From assembly GCA_041484665.1 (NCBI GenBank), contig JBGPIA010000005.1:160001-224000 (forward strand): a DNA stretch of 64,000 bases, read 5' to 3'. The translations under genes were made by a program, and so were the position numbers. This DNA is from Candidatus Krumholzibacteriia bacterium. GTDB lineage: Bacteria; Krumholzibacteriota; Krumholzibacteriia; JAJRXK01. Of this stretch, positions 20,832-33,143 are shown in pieces (the first letter of the stretch is position 1; each line of letters starts with the position of its first letter). Under the pieces are notes generated by a model that made no database searches, was not told the origin of the DNA, and worked only from the letters and a program-made list of their open reading frames with translations.

Positions 20832-22535
20832 TCACTTCGGGCGCCGCTGCACCAGACTGCGGCCGGCCGTCCCCCAGCGCGAGAGGGGAGGGGGGACGCA
20901 CCCCGCCGGGCCGCTGACGCCGCCCGGCGCGCCACTCTCGCGACTCTCGCCGCGCGCGTCCCCCGCGCCGCCGGTGTCGCTCGTCCCGCCCGCGCCGGTC
21001 TCGGCCAGAGCCAGCGCCGCCGCCAGCGCGTCGAGCTCGTCGGCGCGCAGCTCGCGGCGCAGCTCGTCGGGCTTGAAGCGCTCGCCCAGGAAGTGCGTGG
21101 AGTACCGCCCGGCCAGGAACTCCGGCTGCTGCAGTACCCACTGGTGGAGCGGGACGTTGTGGGCGAACCCCAGCAGGCGGTACTCGGCGAGCGCCCGGCG
21201 CCCCCGGGCGATGGCCGCGGCGCGGCCCTCACCGTAGACGATCAGCTTGGCCAGCAGCGGATCGTAGTAGATCGGGATCTCGTAGCCCTCGCGGATTCCC
21301 AGGTCGTTGCGCACGCCCGCGCCCTGCGGCGGCTGCAGGCGGATCACCCGCCCCAGGCTGGGCGCGAAATCGCGCCAGGGGTCTTCGGCATAGATGCGGA
21401 ACTCGATGGCGTGCCCGCGCTGGCGCAGGTCCTCCTGCCGGAAGGGCAGCGGCTCGCCGGCGGCCACACGCACCATGGCGGCCACCAGGTCCACCCCCAC
21501 GACCCACTCGGTGACCGGGTGCTCCACCTGCAGGCGCGTATTCATTTCGAGGAAGTAGAAGTTGTCCTGCTCATCGACGATGAACTCGACCGTGCCCGCG
21601 CCGACGTAGCCCGCCGATTGGGCGGCCTTCACGGCGGCCGTGCACAGCTGCTGGCGCAGCGCCGGCCCAATCGACGGGCTCGGGCTCTCCTCGATCACCT
21701 TCTGGTGACGCCGCTGCACGCTGCACTCGCGCTCGAACAGGTGCACGCACTGTCCGTGGGTATCGGCCAGGATCTGCACCTCGATGTGGCGGGGGCGCTG
21801 CAGGGACTTCTCCATGAAGATCTCGCCGTCGCCGAATGCGCCCAGCGCTTCGCCCTGGGTGCGCTCCAGCGCGGTCGCCAGCAACTCCGGCCGCTGCACC
21901 ACGCGCATCCCCTTACCGCCGCCGCCCGCGGCGGCCTTGAGCATCACCGGGTAGCCGATGCGCTGGGCAAAGGCCTGCGCCTGCGCCAGGTCGCGCAGCG
22001 GCTCGGTCAGCCCCGGCACGACCGGCACGCCTGCCTGCTCCATGAGCCGGCGCGCGGCGATCTTGTTGCCCATTTTGCGCATGGGCTCCGGTGGCGGGCC
22101 GATGAACGTGAGCCCCGCGTCGGCCACCGCCTGGCTGAACTGCGGGTTCTCGCTGAGGAAGCCATAGCCAGGATGGATCGCGGTGGCGCCGCTGCGGCGC
22201 GCCGCCTCCAGCATGCGATCGATGCGCAGGTAGCTCTCTGCCGACGGCCCAGGTCCTACGGGCCAGGCCTCATCGGCTGTGATGGTGTGTAGCGCCTCGC
22301 GGTCGGGCTCGCTGTAGACGGCCACCGCGGTGATGCCCAGCTCGCGCAGCGCGTGCTGCACGCGCACGGAGATCTCACCGCGATTGGCAATCAGCACCTT
22401 CGAGAAGGGAGGGCGCTGCGGCGCCGGCGCCATCGACGCTGCGGCCGCCGTCCCCGGCGCCACCGAGCCTGCCGTTCGGGCGGCCGCCGCTCCCGGCGCG
22501 GGCGCGGCAGGGCGGCGGGTGCGCTGCGCGCTCAT
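20832..22535 (-). CDS. accC: Biotin carboxylase subunit (acetyl/propionyl-CoA carboxylase)
   Basis: [50 protein letters not shown]. Confidence 0.93.
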   Translation of the reverse strand: MSAQRTRRPAAPAPGAAAARTAGSVAPGTAAAASMAPAPQRPPFSKVLIANRGEISVRVQHALRELGITAVAVYSEPDREALHTITADEAWPVGPGPSAESYLRIDRMLEAARRSGATAIHPGYGFLSENPQFSQAVADAGLTFIGPPPEPMRKMGNKIAARRLMEQAGVPVVPGLTEPLRDLAQAQAFAQRIGYPVMLKAAAGGGGKGMRVVQRPELLATALERTQGEALGAFGDGEIFMEKSLQRPRHIEVQILADTHGQCVHLFERECSVQRRHQKVIEESPSPSIGPALRQQLCTAAVKAAQSAGYVGAGTVEFIVDEQDNFYFLEMNTRLQVEHPVTEWVVGVDLVAAMVRVAAGEPLPFRQEDLRQRGHAIEFRIYAEDPWRDFAPSLGRVIRLQPPQGAGVRNDLGIREGYEIPIYYDPLLAKLIVYGEGRAAAIARGRRALAEYRLLGFAHNVPLHQWVLQQPEFLAGRYSTHFLGERFKPDELRRELRADELDALAAALALAETGAGGTSDTGGAGDARGESRESGAPGGVSGPAGCVPPPLSRWGTAGRSLVQRRPK

Positions 22536-24088
22536 AGCGGGATGTTGCCGTGCTTCTTGCGGGGGAGCTCAGCGCGCTTGTTGCGCAGGCTGCGCAGGGC
22601 GGCGATCAAGCGCGCGCGCGTCTGCGCCGGCTCGATGATGTCGTCGAGATAGCCCAGGCTGGCCGCCACGTACGGGTTTACGAAGGTCGCCTGGTACTCG
22701 GCGATCTTCTGCTGGCGCACGGCCTCGGGGTCGGCGGCGGATTCGATCTCACGCCGGTAGAGGATGTTCACGGCCCCATCGGGGCCCATCACCGCCAGCT
22801 CCGCCGTCGGCCAGGCGACGTTCCAGTCCCCGCGGATGTGCTTGGAGCTCATGACGTCGTACGCGCCGCCGTAGGCCTTGCGGGTAATCACCGTCAGCTT
22901 GGGTACGGTGGCCTCGCAGTAGGCGTAGAGCAGCTTGGCTCCGTGCTTGATCAGCCCGCCGAACTCCTGCTGCGTGCCGGGCAGGAAGCCTGGCACGTCC
23001 TCGAAGGTCACCAGCGGGACGTTGAAGCAGTCGCAGGTGCGCACGAAGCGCGCGCCCTTGAGGCTGGCATCGATGTCCAGCACGCCGGCCAGCTGCCGGG
23101 GTTGATTGCCGACGATGCCCACCGCCTGGCCGCCCAGGCGCGCGAATCCCACGACGATGTTGGGGGCGTACTCGGGATGGATCTCGAAGAACTCCCCGTC
23201 GTCGACCACCAGTCCAACGACATCCTTCATGTCGTACGGCTGCCGGGGATCGTCGGGGACGACACCGTTGAGGCGCGACTCCCGCCGGTCGACCGGATCG
23301 CGGCAGACCGTCACCGGTGGGTCTTCCAGGTTGTTCTGGGGCAGATAGCTCAGCAGCTTCTTCACCAGCAGCAGGCACTGCTGGTCATTGGCCGCGCGCA
23401 GGTGGGCCACGCCGCTCTTGCTGTTGTGCGTGCGCGCGCCGCCCAGCTCCTCGGCGGTCACCTCCTCGTTGGTGACCATCTTGATCACGTTGGGGCCCGT
23501 GACGAACATGTGGCTCGTGCCGTCCACCATGATCGTGAAATCGGTGATCGCGGGGCTGTACACCGCGCCGCCGGCGCAGGGCCCCATGATGGCGCTGATC
23601 TGGGGCACCACGCCCGAGGCCATGGTATTGCGCCAGAAGATCTCGGCGTAACCCGCCAGGCTCTGCACGCCCTCTTGGATGCGCGCGCCTCCGCTGTCGT
23701 TGAGGCCGACCAACGGGCAGCCATTCTCCAGCGCCTGGTCCATCAGGCGGCAGACCTTCTCGGCGTTGGCCTCGCTCATGCTGCCGCCAAAGACGGTGAA
23801 GTCCTGGGCGAAGACGTAGACCTGCCGTCCGTCGATCTGCCCGACGCCGGTCACCATGCCGTCACCGGGCGGCTGGTTGGACGCCATCCCCAGATCGGTG
23901 CAGCGGTGCGTCACGAACACGCCCGTCTCCTGGAAGCTGTCCGGGTCCAGCAGCAGGTGGATGCGCTCGCGCGCCGTGAGGCGGCCCGAGGCGTGGATCT
24001 TATCGATCCGCTCCTGGCCGCCGCCGAGCATGGCCAACTCGCGGTGGCGGTTCAGCTCCGCGAGCCGCTCCTGGAACTTTTCACCCAT
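22532..24088 (-). CDS. pccB: Propionyl-CoA carboxylase carboxyltransferase (beta) subunit
   Basis: [48 protein letters not shown] at 24088. Confidence 0.95.
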   Translation of the reverse strand: MGEKFQERLAELNRHRELAMLGGGQERIDKIHASGRLTARERIHLLLDPDSFQETGVFVTHRCTDLGMASNQPPGDGMVTGVGQIDGRQVYVFAQDFTVFGGSMSEANAEKVCRLMDQALENGCPLVGLNDSGGARIQEGVQSLAGYAEIFWRNTMASGVVPQISAIMGPCAGGAVYSPAITDFTIMVDGTSHMFVTGPNVIKMVTNEEVTAEELGGARTHNSKSGVAHLRAANDQQCLLLVKKLLSYLPQNNLEDPPVTVCRDPVDRRESRLNGVVPDDPRQPYDMKDVVGLVVDDGEFFEIHPEYAPNIVVGFARLGGQAVGIVGNQPRQLAGVLDIDASLKGARFVRTCDCFNVPLVTFEDVPGFLPGTQQEFGGLIKHGAKLLYAYCEATVPKLTVITRKAYGGAYDVMSSKHIRGDWNVAWPTAELAVMGPDGAVNILYRREIESAADPEAVRQQKIAEYQATFVNPYVAASLGYLDDIIEPAQTRARLIAALRSLRNKRAELPRKKHGNIPL

Positions 24089-24377
24089 CGTGTGGTCCGG
24101 TTCCCCGGTTTCTGGTTGGTCCACGGCGCAGGTCCACGAGAGGCCGCCCATGGGTCCGAGGTGGTGGACGGCCGCGTCGAGTCCGCGCCAGCGCGGGCCG
24201 CGGGTCACGCGGACGTGCGGGCGGGACAGGGCTCTCCCGCTTGGCCCGCGGCCGTCACGCGCGGCCCTCGGCGGCTCGAACGCCAAGAATACCAAGGGGA
24301 ATCGGTGCCGCCCACCGGCAAGTGAGCCCGTCCCAGCTTGCGAGGCGGATGCCCGCCCCGGGGGACGCGGTGGGGTT

Positions 24378-27167
24378 CTACTCGACCTGCAGCACCGAGT
24401 TGCGCCCGCCGAACCCGTCGGAGACCGCCGCGGGGTTCTCCGGGTCGGCGATCCAGTGGTCGCCGTCGATGGCGAGCTTGTACTCGAAGCGACCCGGGCC
24501 CAGGCGTACCTCGGCGCGCCAGCGCCCGTTCCCCAGGGCGGCCATGGGCGTCGCTGCGGGAGACCAGCCGTTGAAACTCCCCACCACCGCCACCGTCCGG
24601 GCAGCCGGGTTGACGTAGGTGATGGGCACCAGGCGCACCTCCGTGCGTGCCCGGTTCTCCGGGGTCGCGGGCCGCGCGGGCTGCCCGCTGATGTAGGCGT
24701 AGCCGTCCATGAGGTGCTCGAGTTCGTTGCTCACCGAGTGCAGCGGCCCCTGGTCGACGTCAGCGAACTGCAGGCGGAAGCGGGCGCGGCGGCCGGCGCC
24801 ACCGGCGACCTTCACCAGCACGTAGTTGGTTCCGATCGCGAAGCCAGCGTCGGCTTGGGTCTGCCGGCGAAAGCCCTCCAGCCGCGCCACCTCCTCACCG
24901 GCGATCCGCACCAACGCGGGGGAGTCGCACTCCAGCCGGACGGTGGCTTCGCGCGTGGAGGTGGTCAGCGCCGTGAGGGCGTACCACACGCCAGCCGGCC
25001 CGGACGCGTCGGCCAGGGTGATCCAGCCGTCCTCCTCCAAACGTGTCGATGGCAGGTGCTGCCAGTGCGCCGGCCCCGCTGGCGCCGGGTAGCCCTCCCC
25101 CAGATCGATCGCTCCGTCGGGGCCCTGGCGCGCGTTGATGGCCGCGGCCATACCGGTCCAATCATTGGGCCCGGCCGCTGGGCTCTCGAAGGGACCGATC
25201 CACAGCCACCGGAAGTGGACCGGCACCTGCGTTTCCAGAGTCGAGATCAGGCGCGTCGCGTCGTGGAAGCGCCACTGCACCGCGACCAGCCCCGGCGCGA
25301 GCAACGGCGGCGGCGCGAGCTGCAACGTCCAGGTCCGCTGCTCGCCCGGGCCGAGCGTGAAGTCGGCTTCGCTGGCGGGACTCACCACCCACTCGGTCGG
25401 CGCCATCAGCTCGAAGCGGCCAGCCTGCTCGTTCTCGACCTGGTTGGCGATCTCGACCTCGCAGACGGTCCGCGGCGGGCTGGCCTCCTCGGCCACGATC
25501 CGGACGCTCGCGCGCAGCGCCTCGACGACGGAGGTGCCGGGCGCGTAGGCCGGGCGCCCGTGGGGGCCGCGCAGGACCAGCCACCAGAATCCGGTCCGGT
25601 CGGGCAGCGGCGGGAGCTGCCCGCGCAGCTCCAGGGTGTCTTGCAGCACGACCGCCACGGGCGAGGCCGCCATGAGCGTCGTGCCGTTGGTCCAGGTCGC
25701 CGACCAGCTCCCTTGCGCCGCGTTGACAGCGTCGGCGCCGGAACGGTACCGCACGTGGAGCAGCGGGCTGGCACCTCGCGCCGTCACGTGCGGGAGTACT
25801 TCCGCCGCGTAGGCCGCGTCCACCGTCGGGCGCAGCAGCAGCTGGATCGCGTCCTCCGCCAGGCGGTCCAGCGCGTCGCCCATCCACTGCGCGAGATCCT
25901 CGTCGCGCCAGCCGAAGGCCGCGGCCTTCGCATCGCCGTTGGGCGAGCGGGTGGTCATGCGCCCCGCCGCGAAGCGGTTGCGGCGCTCGACCGGATTGAA
26001 CGACCGCCACTGCTCCGCGCGGGCGACCAGCACGTGGGCCAGCGAGTCCGCGCCCGTCCCCGCGCCTGGATCAGGCCGCTGCATCAGTGCCAGCGTCTCG
26101 TCGCGCTCCAGCGGCTGCAGCACGAGCGCGCGCGACAACAGCTCCACGATGGACCGGGTGCGCAGCAGCGGCTGCCACCGCCCCGGCCGCGCCGGAGCCG
26201 TCACCGCCGTTACGGTGGCGCCCGCGCTCGTCGTCGCGCCCCCGCCCAAGCCCTTGCTCGAGACGCCCCCCGTCGCGGCCCAAAGCCGCAGCGGGACCCG
26301 ATCCCGATTGGGCAGGCCGTGGGCGCGCAGGGCTTGATCGGTCAGCTCGACGAGCTCTGGATCGTAGAGGGCGGCGATCGCCGTGCGCAGCAAGGCGGCC
26401 GTCTGCTCCGCGGTGAACAGACTGAGCTCGGGATGCCGCGGCCAGTCGGCCTTGGGGTCCAGCCGCCGGATCGCGCGGCCGGTGCGCTGGGCCTGCGAAA
26501 CGCTGACATCGTTGCCGACCAGCAGCGACTCGGCGGTCGCGGTCGCCCGCGCGTGCACCGTGGGCGCCTCGAGCGCCAGCGGCAGGAGGCAACCCAGCGA
26601 CAGCGGCTCGTCGATCAACCGGCCCGCGGTGTCCAGCGCGGCGTACCCGCCAGTCTGCGGATCGTACAGCTGCGCCATCATGTGGCGGTGGACGAGCGCG
26701 CGCTCCCGCCACCAGACCAGCGCGTCGAAGAAGTACTCCCGCCGCGCGGCCATCTCGGCTAAGGCCTCCGCGTAGACCAGCTGCAATCCCGGCAGGACCG
26801 CTGCGGTCCGGCACCCTTTCAGACCTGCAGCGCGCAGCACGCGTGCGTCCTCGCGCCACAGCCCGCCGTTCTGGGGGTCGAGGTGGCGGCCCAGCCAGAA
26901 ATGCCACCGCGCCAGAGCGCGGTAGGTGTTCTCATCGGGGGGCAAGCCGGCCCGCTCGGCCTCGGTCACCGCCGCCGCGAGCAGCGGCAGCTGGGCCGTG
27001 TTGAAGCTGCGGGCCATGGTGTCCAGGTCGCCGGCAGCACCCTGCGCGCTGGTGACGAAGAATGGCCGCAGGGCAGAGAGATCCTGCGCCGGCGCCGCCA
27101 CGGCCGCACCGCTGAAGAGGGCCAGCGCCAGGGGAATAGCTGGGAACAGACGGATCGCGCGCGCCAT
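24378..27167 (-). CDS. Large secreted multidomain protein with a C-terminal glycogen-binding CBM48/AMPK-like domain
   Basis: Signal peptide; [15 protein letters not shown] segment resembling (alpha/alpha)6 glycosidases; Ig-like middle; C-terminal [38 protein letters not shown]. Confidence 0.75.
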   Translation of the reverse strand: MARAIRLFPAIPLALALFSGAAVAAPAQDLSALRPFFVTSAQGAAGDLDTMARSFNTAQLPLLAAAVTEAERAGLPPDENTYRALARWHFWLGRHLDPQNGGLWREDARVLRAAGLKGCRTAAVLPGLQLVYAEALAEMAARREYFFDALVWWRERALVHRHMMAQLYDPQTGGYAALDTAGRLIDEPLSLGCLLPLALEAPTVHARATATAESLLVGNDVSVSQAQRTGRAIRRLDPKADWPRHPELSLFTAEQTAALLRTAIAALYDPELVELTDQALRAHGLPNRDRVPLRLWAATGGVSSKGLGGGATTSAGATVTAVTAPARPGRWQPLLRTRSIVELLSRALVLQPLERDETLALMQRPDPGAGTGADSLAHVLVARAEQWRSFNPVERRNRFAAGRMTTRSPNGDAKAAAFGWRDEDLAQWMGDALDRLAEDAIQLLLRPTVDAAYAAEVLPHVTARGASPLLHVRYRSGADAVNAAQGSWSATWTNGTTLMAASPVAVVLQDTLELRGQLPPLPDRTGFWWLVLRGPHGRPAYAPGTSVVEALRASVRIVAEEASPPRTVCEVEIANQVENEQAGRFELMAPTEWVVSPASEADFTLGPGEQRTWTLQLAPPPLLAPGLVAVQWRFHDATRLISTLETQVPVHFRWLWIGPFESPAAGPNDWTGMAAAINARQGPDGAIDLGEGYPAPAGPAHWQHLPSTRLEEDGWITLADASGPAGVWYALTALTTSTREATVRLECDSPALVRIAGEEVARLEGFRRQTQADAGFAIGTNYVLVKVAGGAGRRARFRLQFADVDQGPLHSVSNELEHLMDGYAYISGQPARPATPENRARTEVRLVPITYVNPAARTVAVVGSFNGWSPAATPMAALGNGRWRAEVRLGPGRFEYKLAIDGDHWIADPENPAAVSDGFGGRNSVLQVE

Positions 27168-27268
27168 TATCGGCCCCAAGTGGCTGCAAGCGGCAGGCCA
27201 GAGGCCCTTGTCTCCACGTAGGTTTGCTGCTTGGATGGGACGTCACCCCCCATCCCCCCGGAGCCACC

Positions 27269-28450
27269 GTGAGTGCATCGCTTCCGCCTCTGGCCCAGGT
27301 TGCCGCTGCCGCGCGTACGCCGATCGGACGCTACCTGGGCACCCTGTCCGATCGCACCGCCGTGGAGCTGGGTGTTCATGCGGTGACGGCCGCCCTGGAG
27401 CGCGCCCAGGTGGAGCCGCGGTCGGTGGACCTGCTCGTGTTCGGGCTGGCCCGCGGGGCCGGCACCGGACCCAACCCGGCGCGGCAGGTGAGCGTGCGTG
27501 CTGGACTTGCGCACACGACGCCGGCCTACACCGTGAACATGGCCTGCGCCAGCAGCAGCCAGGCGATTCTGGAAGGCGTCGCGGCGCTGGCGCTGGGCAG
27601 GGCGCGTCGCGTGGTGGTGGGGGGGATGGAGAGCATGAGCAACGTCCCGTACCTGCTTCCCAAAGCGCGCACGGGGTATCGCATGGGCCACGCGCCACTG
27701 GTGGACGCCATGTACCAGGACGGTTTCCACTGCCCGCTCGCCGATCAGCTCATGGGCGCCACCGCCGAGACGCTGGCCCGCGAATACGGGATCAGCCGGC
27801 GCGAGCAGGACGCCTACGCGCTGGAGAGCCAGCGGCGCGCCGGGGTGGCGTGGAGCGCGGGGGAGTTCAACGATGAGATCGCGCCGGTGCCGGCCGACGG
27901 CCCGCGGGCGGGTCTGGACCGCGACGAGCATCCGCGGCCCGACACCACCCTCGAGGCGCTGGCCAAGCTGCCGGCCGTGTTCGCCCAGGACGGCACGGTG
28001 ACGGCCGGCTCGAGCAGCGGCCTCACCGATGGGGCGGTGGCGCTGGTCCTGGAGCCGCCCGGCGCGCGCCGCGACGCTCTGGCGGAAATCGTCGATTACG
28101 AGGTGGCCGGCGTGGATCCAGCGCGCATGGGGATCGGTCCGGTGCCCGCCACGCGGCGGCTGCTGGCGCGCACCGGCCTGCACCTGTCCGACATCGGCCT
28201 GGTGGAGCTCAACGAGGCGTTCGCAGCGCAGGTGCTTGCCTGCGCGCGTGACCTCCAGCTCGATCTGACCCGCACCAACGTCCGGGGAGGCGCGATCGCG
28301 CTGGGCCATCCCATCGGCGCCACCGGCGCGCGCATCACCACGACCCTCATCCACGCCATGCGTGACCGTGGGGCCCGCCTGGGGCTCTCCACCCTCTGCG
28401 TGAGCGGTGGCATGGGCGTCTCCATCCTGCTGAGGCAGCCCGTCAGCTGA
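27269..28450 (+). CDS. Acetyl-CoA acyltransferase (thiolase)
   Basis: [30 protein letters not shown] start inferred. Confidence 0.93.
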   Translation: MSASLPPLAQVAAAARTPIGRYLGTLSDRTAVELGVHAVTAALERAQVEPRSVDLLVFGLARGAGTGPNPARQVSVRAGLAHTTPAYTVNMACASSSQAILEGVAALALGRARRVVVGGMESMSNVPYLLPKARTGYRMGHAPLVDAMYQDGFHCPLADQLMGATAETLAREYGISRREQDAYALESQRRAGVAWSAGEFNDEIAPVPADGPRAGLDRDEHPRPDTTLEALAKLPAVFAQDGTVTAGSSSGLTDGAVALVLEPPGARRDALAEIVDYEVAGVDPARMGIGPVPATRRLLARTGLHLSDIGLVELNEAFAAQVLACARDLQLDLTRTNVRGGAIALGHPIGATGARITTTLIHAMRDRGARLGLSTLCVSGGMGVSILLRQPVS

Positions 28451-28748
28451 GGGCTGGTGCCTGCGGACTCCTCCGCAGGCCGCTGCGCGGGTTCACGCTC
28501 CCAAGCGCTTCCCGTCGCGGGGCCACGGCGCGCCGCGCCCCTGCGATCCTCACGCACCCATGCCGCTCGGCGCGGTCACGACGTGGCAGACCGCCTGGAG
28601 CAAGCGCCGTGCAGCCGCCACCGTGCAGCGCGAGCGGCGTCTGGTGGGCGAGCGCCCGGCGGCGCATGCGCCTCTCCCTCGCGGGGCCGCCGCTGCGATA
28701 GACTCCATGTCACGCGAATCGAGCTCGACACCTCCAGGAGACGCATCG

Positions 28749-29822
28749 ATGTTCGCACCCCGATCGTTGGCCGCGGACGCGCGGCCGGGTCGCACGCCGC
28801 TGCTGCCTGCCCCGGCCCTGCCGCTGGCCTGCGCCCTGCTGCTTGCGCCGGCCTTGCTGCTCGCGCCCGCGCTGAGGCCGGCTCCGGCGCTCGCCTCCAA
28901 GCCCGTCGATGCCAAGGTCCTCGCGGCCAAGGCGGTCGTGCAGGACGGCGGCTATGCGCCGCGGCCAGGCGCGTTCGCCACGGTCTTGACCGAGAGCGAG
29001 CCCAACGACACTCCGGCCACCGCCAACCCCGTTGCCGTCGGGGAGTCGATCGAGGCGGCGCTCACCAGTGGCGACGTGGACTGGTTCCGCGTGACGGCAA
29101 CTGCCGGTGAGTACTTCACCCTCTCCACCTCCGCGCGCGACGGGAGCTTCACCGACACGGTGATGCGCGCCGTGGGGTCCGATGGCGCTACCCAGCTCGC
29201 GACGGACGACGATGCGGGCGCCGGTCTGTTCTCCGCGCTGGAGCATTTCCTCTGCCCGGCCGGGGGAGTCATCTACGTCGAGGTCCGGCACTTCAGTCAA
29301 AGCGGGCAGGGCGCGTATCTCTTCGGCGTCGAACCCGGCAGGCCGCCTCTGCCGGCTCCCGCCAACGATGCCCGCGGTGGCGCCGTCGTCGTCCAGTGCA
29401 CTAGCGTGACCTCCGGCACCACTCGCGGGGCGGCCAGCGACGTGAGCAACGACGACGTCGCATGCGTTCCCTACGCGCCCAACGGGGGCGACGTGTTCTA
29501 TCGCGTGGCAGTTCCTTACAGCTACCAACTCACGGTCCAGGCCTCCACGGCGACCAGCACCGACCCCTCGCTTTACCTGCTCGTGGACTGGGGGGCGGGG
29601 GCCCTCACCTGCATCGCCGGCTCCGACGCCGGGTTCGTCGACGAGGACGAGTTGGTCAGCTTCGTCAACGACCACCCGGGTGATCCCCCGATGGTCACGA
29701 TCGTCGTGGACAGCTGGAGCGCGCGGAGCGAGGGCGAGTTCACGTTGGCGGTCTCGTGCGAGTTCCTGGTCCCCATCCAGCAGTCCACGTGGGGCGCGCT
29801 GAAGGCCGTATACGGGGAGTGA
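28749..29822 (+). CDS. Secreted PPC-like (pre-peptidase C-terminal) beta-sandwich protein with STWGALKAVY tail
   Basis: AGGAG RBS; signal peptide; ESEPND..DVDWF..DTV..DDDAG.GLFS; PAND..GDVFY..DPSLYL; ends CEFLVPIQQSTWGALKAVYGE. Confidence 0.8.
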   Translation: MFAPRSLAADARPGRTPLLPAPALPLACALLLAPALLLAPALRPAPALASKPVDAKVLAAKAVVQDGGYAPRPGAFATVLTESEPNDTPATANPVAVGESIEAALTSGDVDWFRVTATAGEYFTLSTSARDGSFTDTVMRAVGSDGATQLATDDDAGAGLFSALEHFLCPAGGVIYVEVRHFSQSGQGAYLFGVEPGRPPLPAPANDARGGAVVVQCTSVTSGTTRGAASDVSNDDVACVPYAPNGGDVFYRVAVPYSYQLTVQASTATSTDPSLYLLVDWGAGALTCIAGSDAGFVDEDELVSFVNDHPGDPPMVTIVVDSWSARSEGEFTLAVSCEFLVPIQQSTWGALKAVYGE

Positions 29823-29928
29823 GCCTGCGCCGGGAACCCCGCCGGCGCTCCGTTTGGGTCTGCAGCTGTTGCTTGCGCGGTTGCCCCCGCGGTTGCCCGC
29901 ACCCGCGGCTGGGCTCCCCCTGATTCTG

Positions 29929-29992
29929 ATTATGTGATGGGCCGCCGGAGCATCCGGCGGCCTTCATAACCCTGCCCGGACGGGCGTTTTTT
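29929..29992 (+). terminator. Hairpin plus intrinsic terminator downstream of 28749-29822
   Basis: GGCCGCCGGA-GCA-TCCGGCGGCC stem, then GCCC-GGAC-GGGC-GTTTTTT. Confidence 0.6.
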
Positions 29993-30014
29993 CCCTCGCA
30001 TCGGCACTTGGCAG

Positions 30015-30044
30015 TTGTTCCGCGAGCGGGCCGCCCTCTATACT
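30015..30044 (+). promoter_or_regulatory. Possible sigma70 promoter for the 30246 gene
   Basis: TTGTTC, 18 nt spacer, TATACT (30039-30044). Confidence 0.45.
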
Positions 30045-30245
30045 GGCCATGCCTTCTCGTGGGACCCCGGTCCAGTCCGCGTACCTGAAGTCAGGTCGTT
30101 CTCGCCGAGGAGGTGGACATCCGAGCCAACGGCTGGAAGAGGCTGCGACACCGCGCGCCCGCACCGGATCCACCCGCTGGATCCCCTCCGGCTTGTCAGC
30201 TCGCCGTGGGCCCCTGATCTGATTTCCCACCGACCGGAGGTGTTC

Positions 30246-31256
30246 ATGCGTGCATCTTGGTCACGGTTGATCCTCGCAGCGCTGTGTCTGGCTCTATTTG
30301 CGACGGCCGCGTTTGCCGAGGACGAATTGCAGTTCAAGGCCCGTATCGACAAGCTGGCGGAAGCCGCTCGGTTCACGCCGGATTTCAGCATTCCGCTGGC
30401 CGTCATCAACGAGACCGAGCCCAACAACTCGTGCGCCGCGCCCGATCCGGCGGCCATGCTCGCCGGCCAGATCAACGCGACGCTCTCACCGGCAGGCGAC
30501 GAGGACTGGTTCTACTTCAACGGCGCGGCCGGCCAGTGCCTGACGCTGGCCACCGCCTCGGTGGCCGGCAGCACGACCGACACGCAACTCTACCTGTACG
30601 ACGCAGCTAGCTGTGGCAGCCCGGCTGCCTATCTGGTCTGGGACGACGACGCAGGCCCCGGCCTGTTCTCGTTGATCAGTGCCTTCCCGCTGCCCGCGGC
30701 GGGCACGTACTACGTCCGGGTCAAGCACTACAGCGCCTCGGGGACGGGAGCCTATCTCCTCACGACAACGCTGGCTGCTTGCCCCTCGGCTCCGCCCAAC
30801 GACCTGTGCGCCCATGCGATCCCGGTGCACTGCAACTCGCTGGTGCAGGGCACGACGGAGAACGCGACCAACAACATCACCGAGAATGTGTCCAACCCGT
30901 GCGTCATCGGTTCCTCGGCCGCCGGACCGGACGTGTTCTACTCGATCTGCGTGCCCAACGGCGTCCAGCTCCAGACGGTGACGACTCCGTTGTCGATCTG
31001 GGATCCGGCGATCTGGTTCGTTACCAACTGCAATGATGCGACGACCTGCGTCGCCGGGACCGATGTGGGATTCTCGGGCGATCCCGAGACTCTCGACTGG
31101 ACCAACGACACCGGCGCCGAGGTCTGCCTGTACATCGTGCTGGACAGCTGGACGGCCAGCCAGGTCGGTGCCTTTACCATCGAGATCGGCTGCCAGCAGG
31201 TCGTCCCGGACGTCAAGTCGAGCTGGGGCACCATCAAGGCGCACTACAAGAACTAG
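30246..31256 (+). CDS. Secreted PPC-like protein, paralog of 28749-29822, with SSWGTIKAHY tail
   Basis: GGAGG RBS; signal peptide; ETEPNN..DEDWF..DTQLYLY..DDDAGPGLFS; PPNDLC..GPDVFY..DPAIW; ends CQQVVPDVKSSWGTIKAHYKN. Confidence 0.85.
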   Translation: MRASWSRLILAALCLALFATAAFAEDELQFKARIDKLAEAARFTPDFSIPLAVINETEPNNSCAAPDPAAMLAGQINATLSPAGDEDWFYFNGAAGQCLTLATASVAGSTTDTQLYLYDAASCGSPAAYLVWDDDAGPGLFSLISAFPLPAAGTYYVRVKHYSASGTGAYLLTTTLAACPSAPPNDLCAHAIPVHCNSLVQGTTENATNNITENVSNPCVIGSSAAGPDVFYSICVPNGVQLQTVTTPLSIWDPAIWFVTNCNDATTCVAGTDVGFSGDPETLDWTNDTGAEVCLYIVLDSWTASQVGAFTIEIGCQQVVPDVKSSWGTIKAHYKN

Positions 31257-31708
31257 CGCCGACCGCAAGCGTGCCGAGCGGGCGACTGGCTCCCCCGCCG
31301 GCCGCCCGGCGCGGCGCGGGAGTGCCTGCGGCGTCACGCCGGCTTCGAGCATGTGGATGTCGAGCGGGCCGGGTCCTCCCGGCCCGCTCGCGTTGGATGC
31401 CTGCCGCAACTCCAGCGCGGGCCCGTTGAGCCGCCTCCCTTCCATCCCGTATGCTCGTGGCCAAGACTCGAGCGGGCGCGCCACCTGGCCTCGAACCAGC
31501 GGTCCTTGGTGGCTTGCGAAGCGTGCGCCCGTCCTGGCAGTTGTCCGCCCGCCGGGCGGATGCTCGCCCTGCACCATCGAAAGGCAGCTGGCTCGCCATA
31601 TTCCCCAGCACGCGCTGCTCGTCACCGTTGCTTCGCGGCGCTCGATCCCGCTGCACCAGCCTCTGCGGCCGTCGCGTCCTGTCCCTTGGCCACGGTTGGC
31701 TCCGCCGT

Positions 31709-33032
31709 ATCACGGGTTCCGTCCCTTCCACCCCGTCGCGCCGGTGGGCCCTGCGGGCCGTGCTCGGCCTGCTGCTGATCGCGCTGCCGGCGCTGGGTGC
31801 GGGCGGGCCGGCGCGCGCGGGGTTGCTCGCGGCCGCGGGTTTGCCGGAGCTCGCCGGGCCGTAGGACCAGCGGGCGCCCGTGGGCAGCATCGGGGTGTAC
31901 TTCGACCCTGCCTACAGGCAGCAGAGCAGCGCCGTCGCGGTGCCATTCGCCCCGTTCAACTTCTATGTCGTCGCCAAGGGGCTGCAGCAGCCGGGAGTGC
32001 TGGACGGCATCGGCGCCTACGAGTGCGCGGTCCAACCGCCCGCGGGGTCGTTGGTCGCCACACACACGCTGCCGGGGAGTTACATCGATCTCGGCGCCGG
32101 TGATGACAACTGGATCGTCGGCACGGGCGGCTGCCGCTCGTTCGTCGACAACGGTGGCGACACCTACCTGCTCGTCACCTACAGCTGCCTGTTCTTGGCA
32201 GCGCCCGGCCAGAACCTGCCGGTCAGAGTGACGCCGGCTGCGCCGACCAGCTTCACGCCCGCCGGGCCGGGATTCCTCGTTGTCAACAGCGGTGACGCGG
32301 TCTGGATCCTGCGCCGTACCGTGGGCCTGCCCTAGGGTGCGGCTCCGAGCGCGGACGCCGCGAACCCCCCGTGCGCGTCTGGTCCAACGCGGGGAGCAGC
32401 TGGCACTGGTCATCGACAGGGCGGGTGCGCTCTACGGCCTCGATCTCGAGCTGCGCTACGATCCGGTGCGTCTTGCGCTGCCGGAGCTGGGCGAGCCGGG
32501 CGCCGGCCTGCGCGTGGAAGCCCAGCGAGCCGACGGGACCCGTGCCGTGGGCTGGGCAGCGGCACAGCCGCTGGGGGGAGCGTCCGGCGTGATGACCGTC
32601 GTGCTGCCCGCCGTGGTGCGCGGCGCGCATGACGCGCGGCTGGAGGTGGCGTCGCTCTGGGGCTACGACGCGCAGGGCACCAGGGTGCCGATCGCGTGGG
32701 ATGGGAAGCCCTGGGGTTGGCTAGCCCCTGCGGCAGCCCCCCTGCCCACGCCGCGCACGGAGCGGCTGCTCTCCAGCGCGCCGAACCCCTTCAATCCGAG
32801 CACGACGCTGCGCTTCGAGCTGTCCAGCCCGGCGCGGGCCGTGCTGGAGATCTACGACGCCAGCGGCGCGCGCGTGGCAACGCTCTTGGTCGAGGCGCGC
32901 CCGGCGGGCGTGGGGGAGGTCATGTGGAACGGAACGGACGCGAGCGGCCGCAGCGTGGCCAGCGGCGTCTATTTTGCGCGCCTGCGGGCCGCGGCCCAGA
33001 ACCACGTCTTGCGCATGGTGCTGGTCAAGTAG
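31709..33032 (+). pseudogene. Disrupted secreted surface protein (signal peptide, beta domain, dockerin-like fragment, cohesin-like domain, FlgD/T9SS-like C-terminal domain)
   Basis: Signal-like RRWALRAVLGLLLIAL; in-frame TAG 31862-31864; same frame continues IGVYFDP...VNSGDAVWILRRTVGLP; TAG 32333-32335 and frame change into LYGLDLELRYDP...PNPFNPST..IYDASG..WNGTDASGRSVASGVYFARL..MVLVK; no clear start codon. Confidence 0.6.
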
Positions 33033-33143
33033 CGCATCGGGGGCGGCGCGGCGTCGCCGCGCCGGCCTAGAGCACGCTTGCCAGGTAGCAGGGGGCGGTC
33101 AAGCCGACCGCCCTCTTGCCGTTTCGGCCAAGGCGCGGCCGCC

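Noticed and set aside
24089..24295. Long N-terminal extensions in the ORF track for pccB (also tig, clpP, crotonase, thiolases, LpoB-like)
   Set aside because: Family similarity, and in most cases an RBS, point to downstream starts; the upstream parts are open-frame run-on.
31260..31700. Possible recombinase remnant (minus-strand IHMLEAGV)
   Set aside because: A single short motif with no other catalytic residues or flanking repeats.
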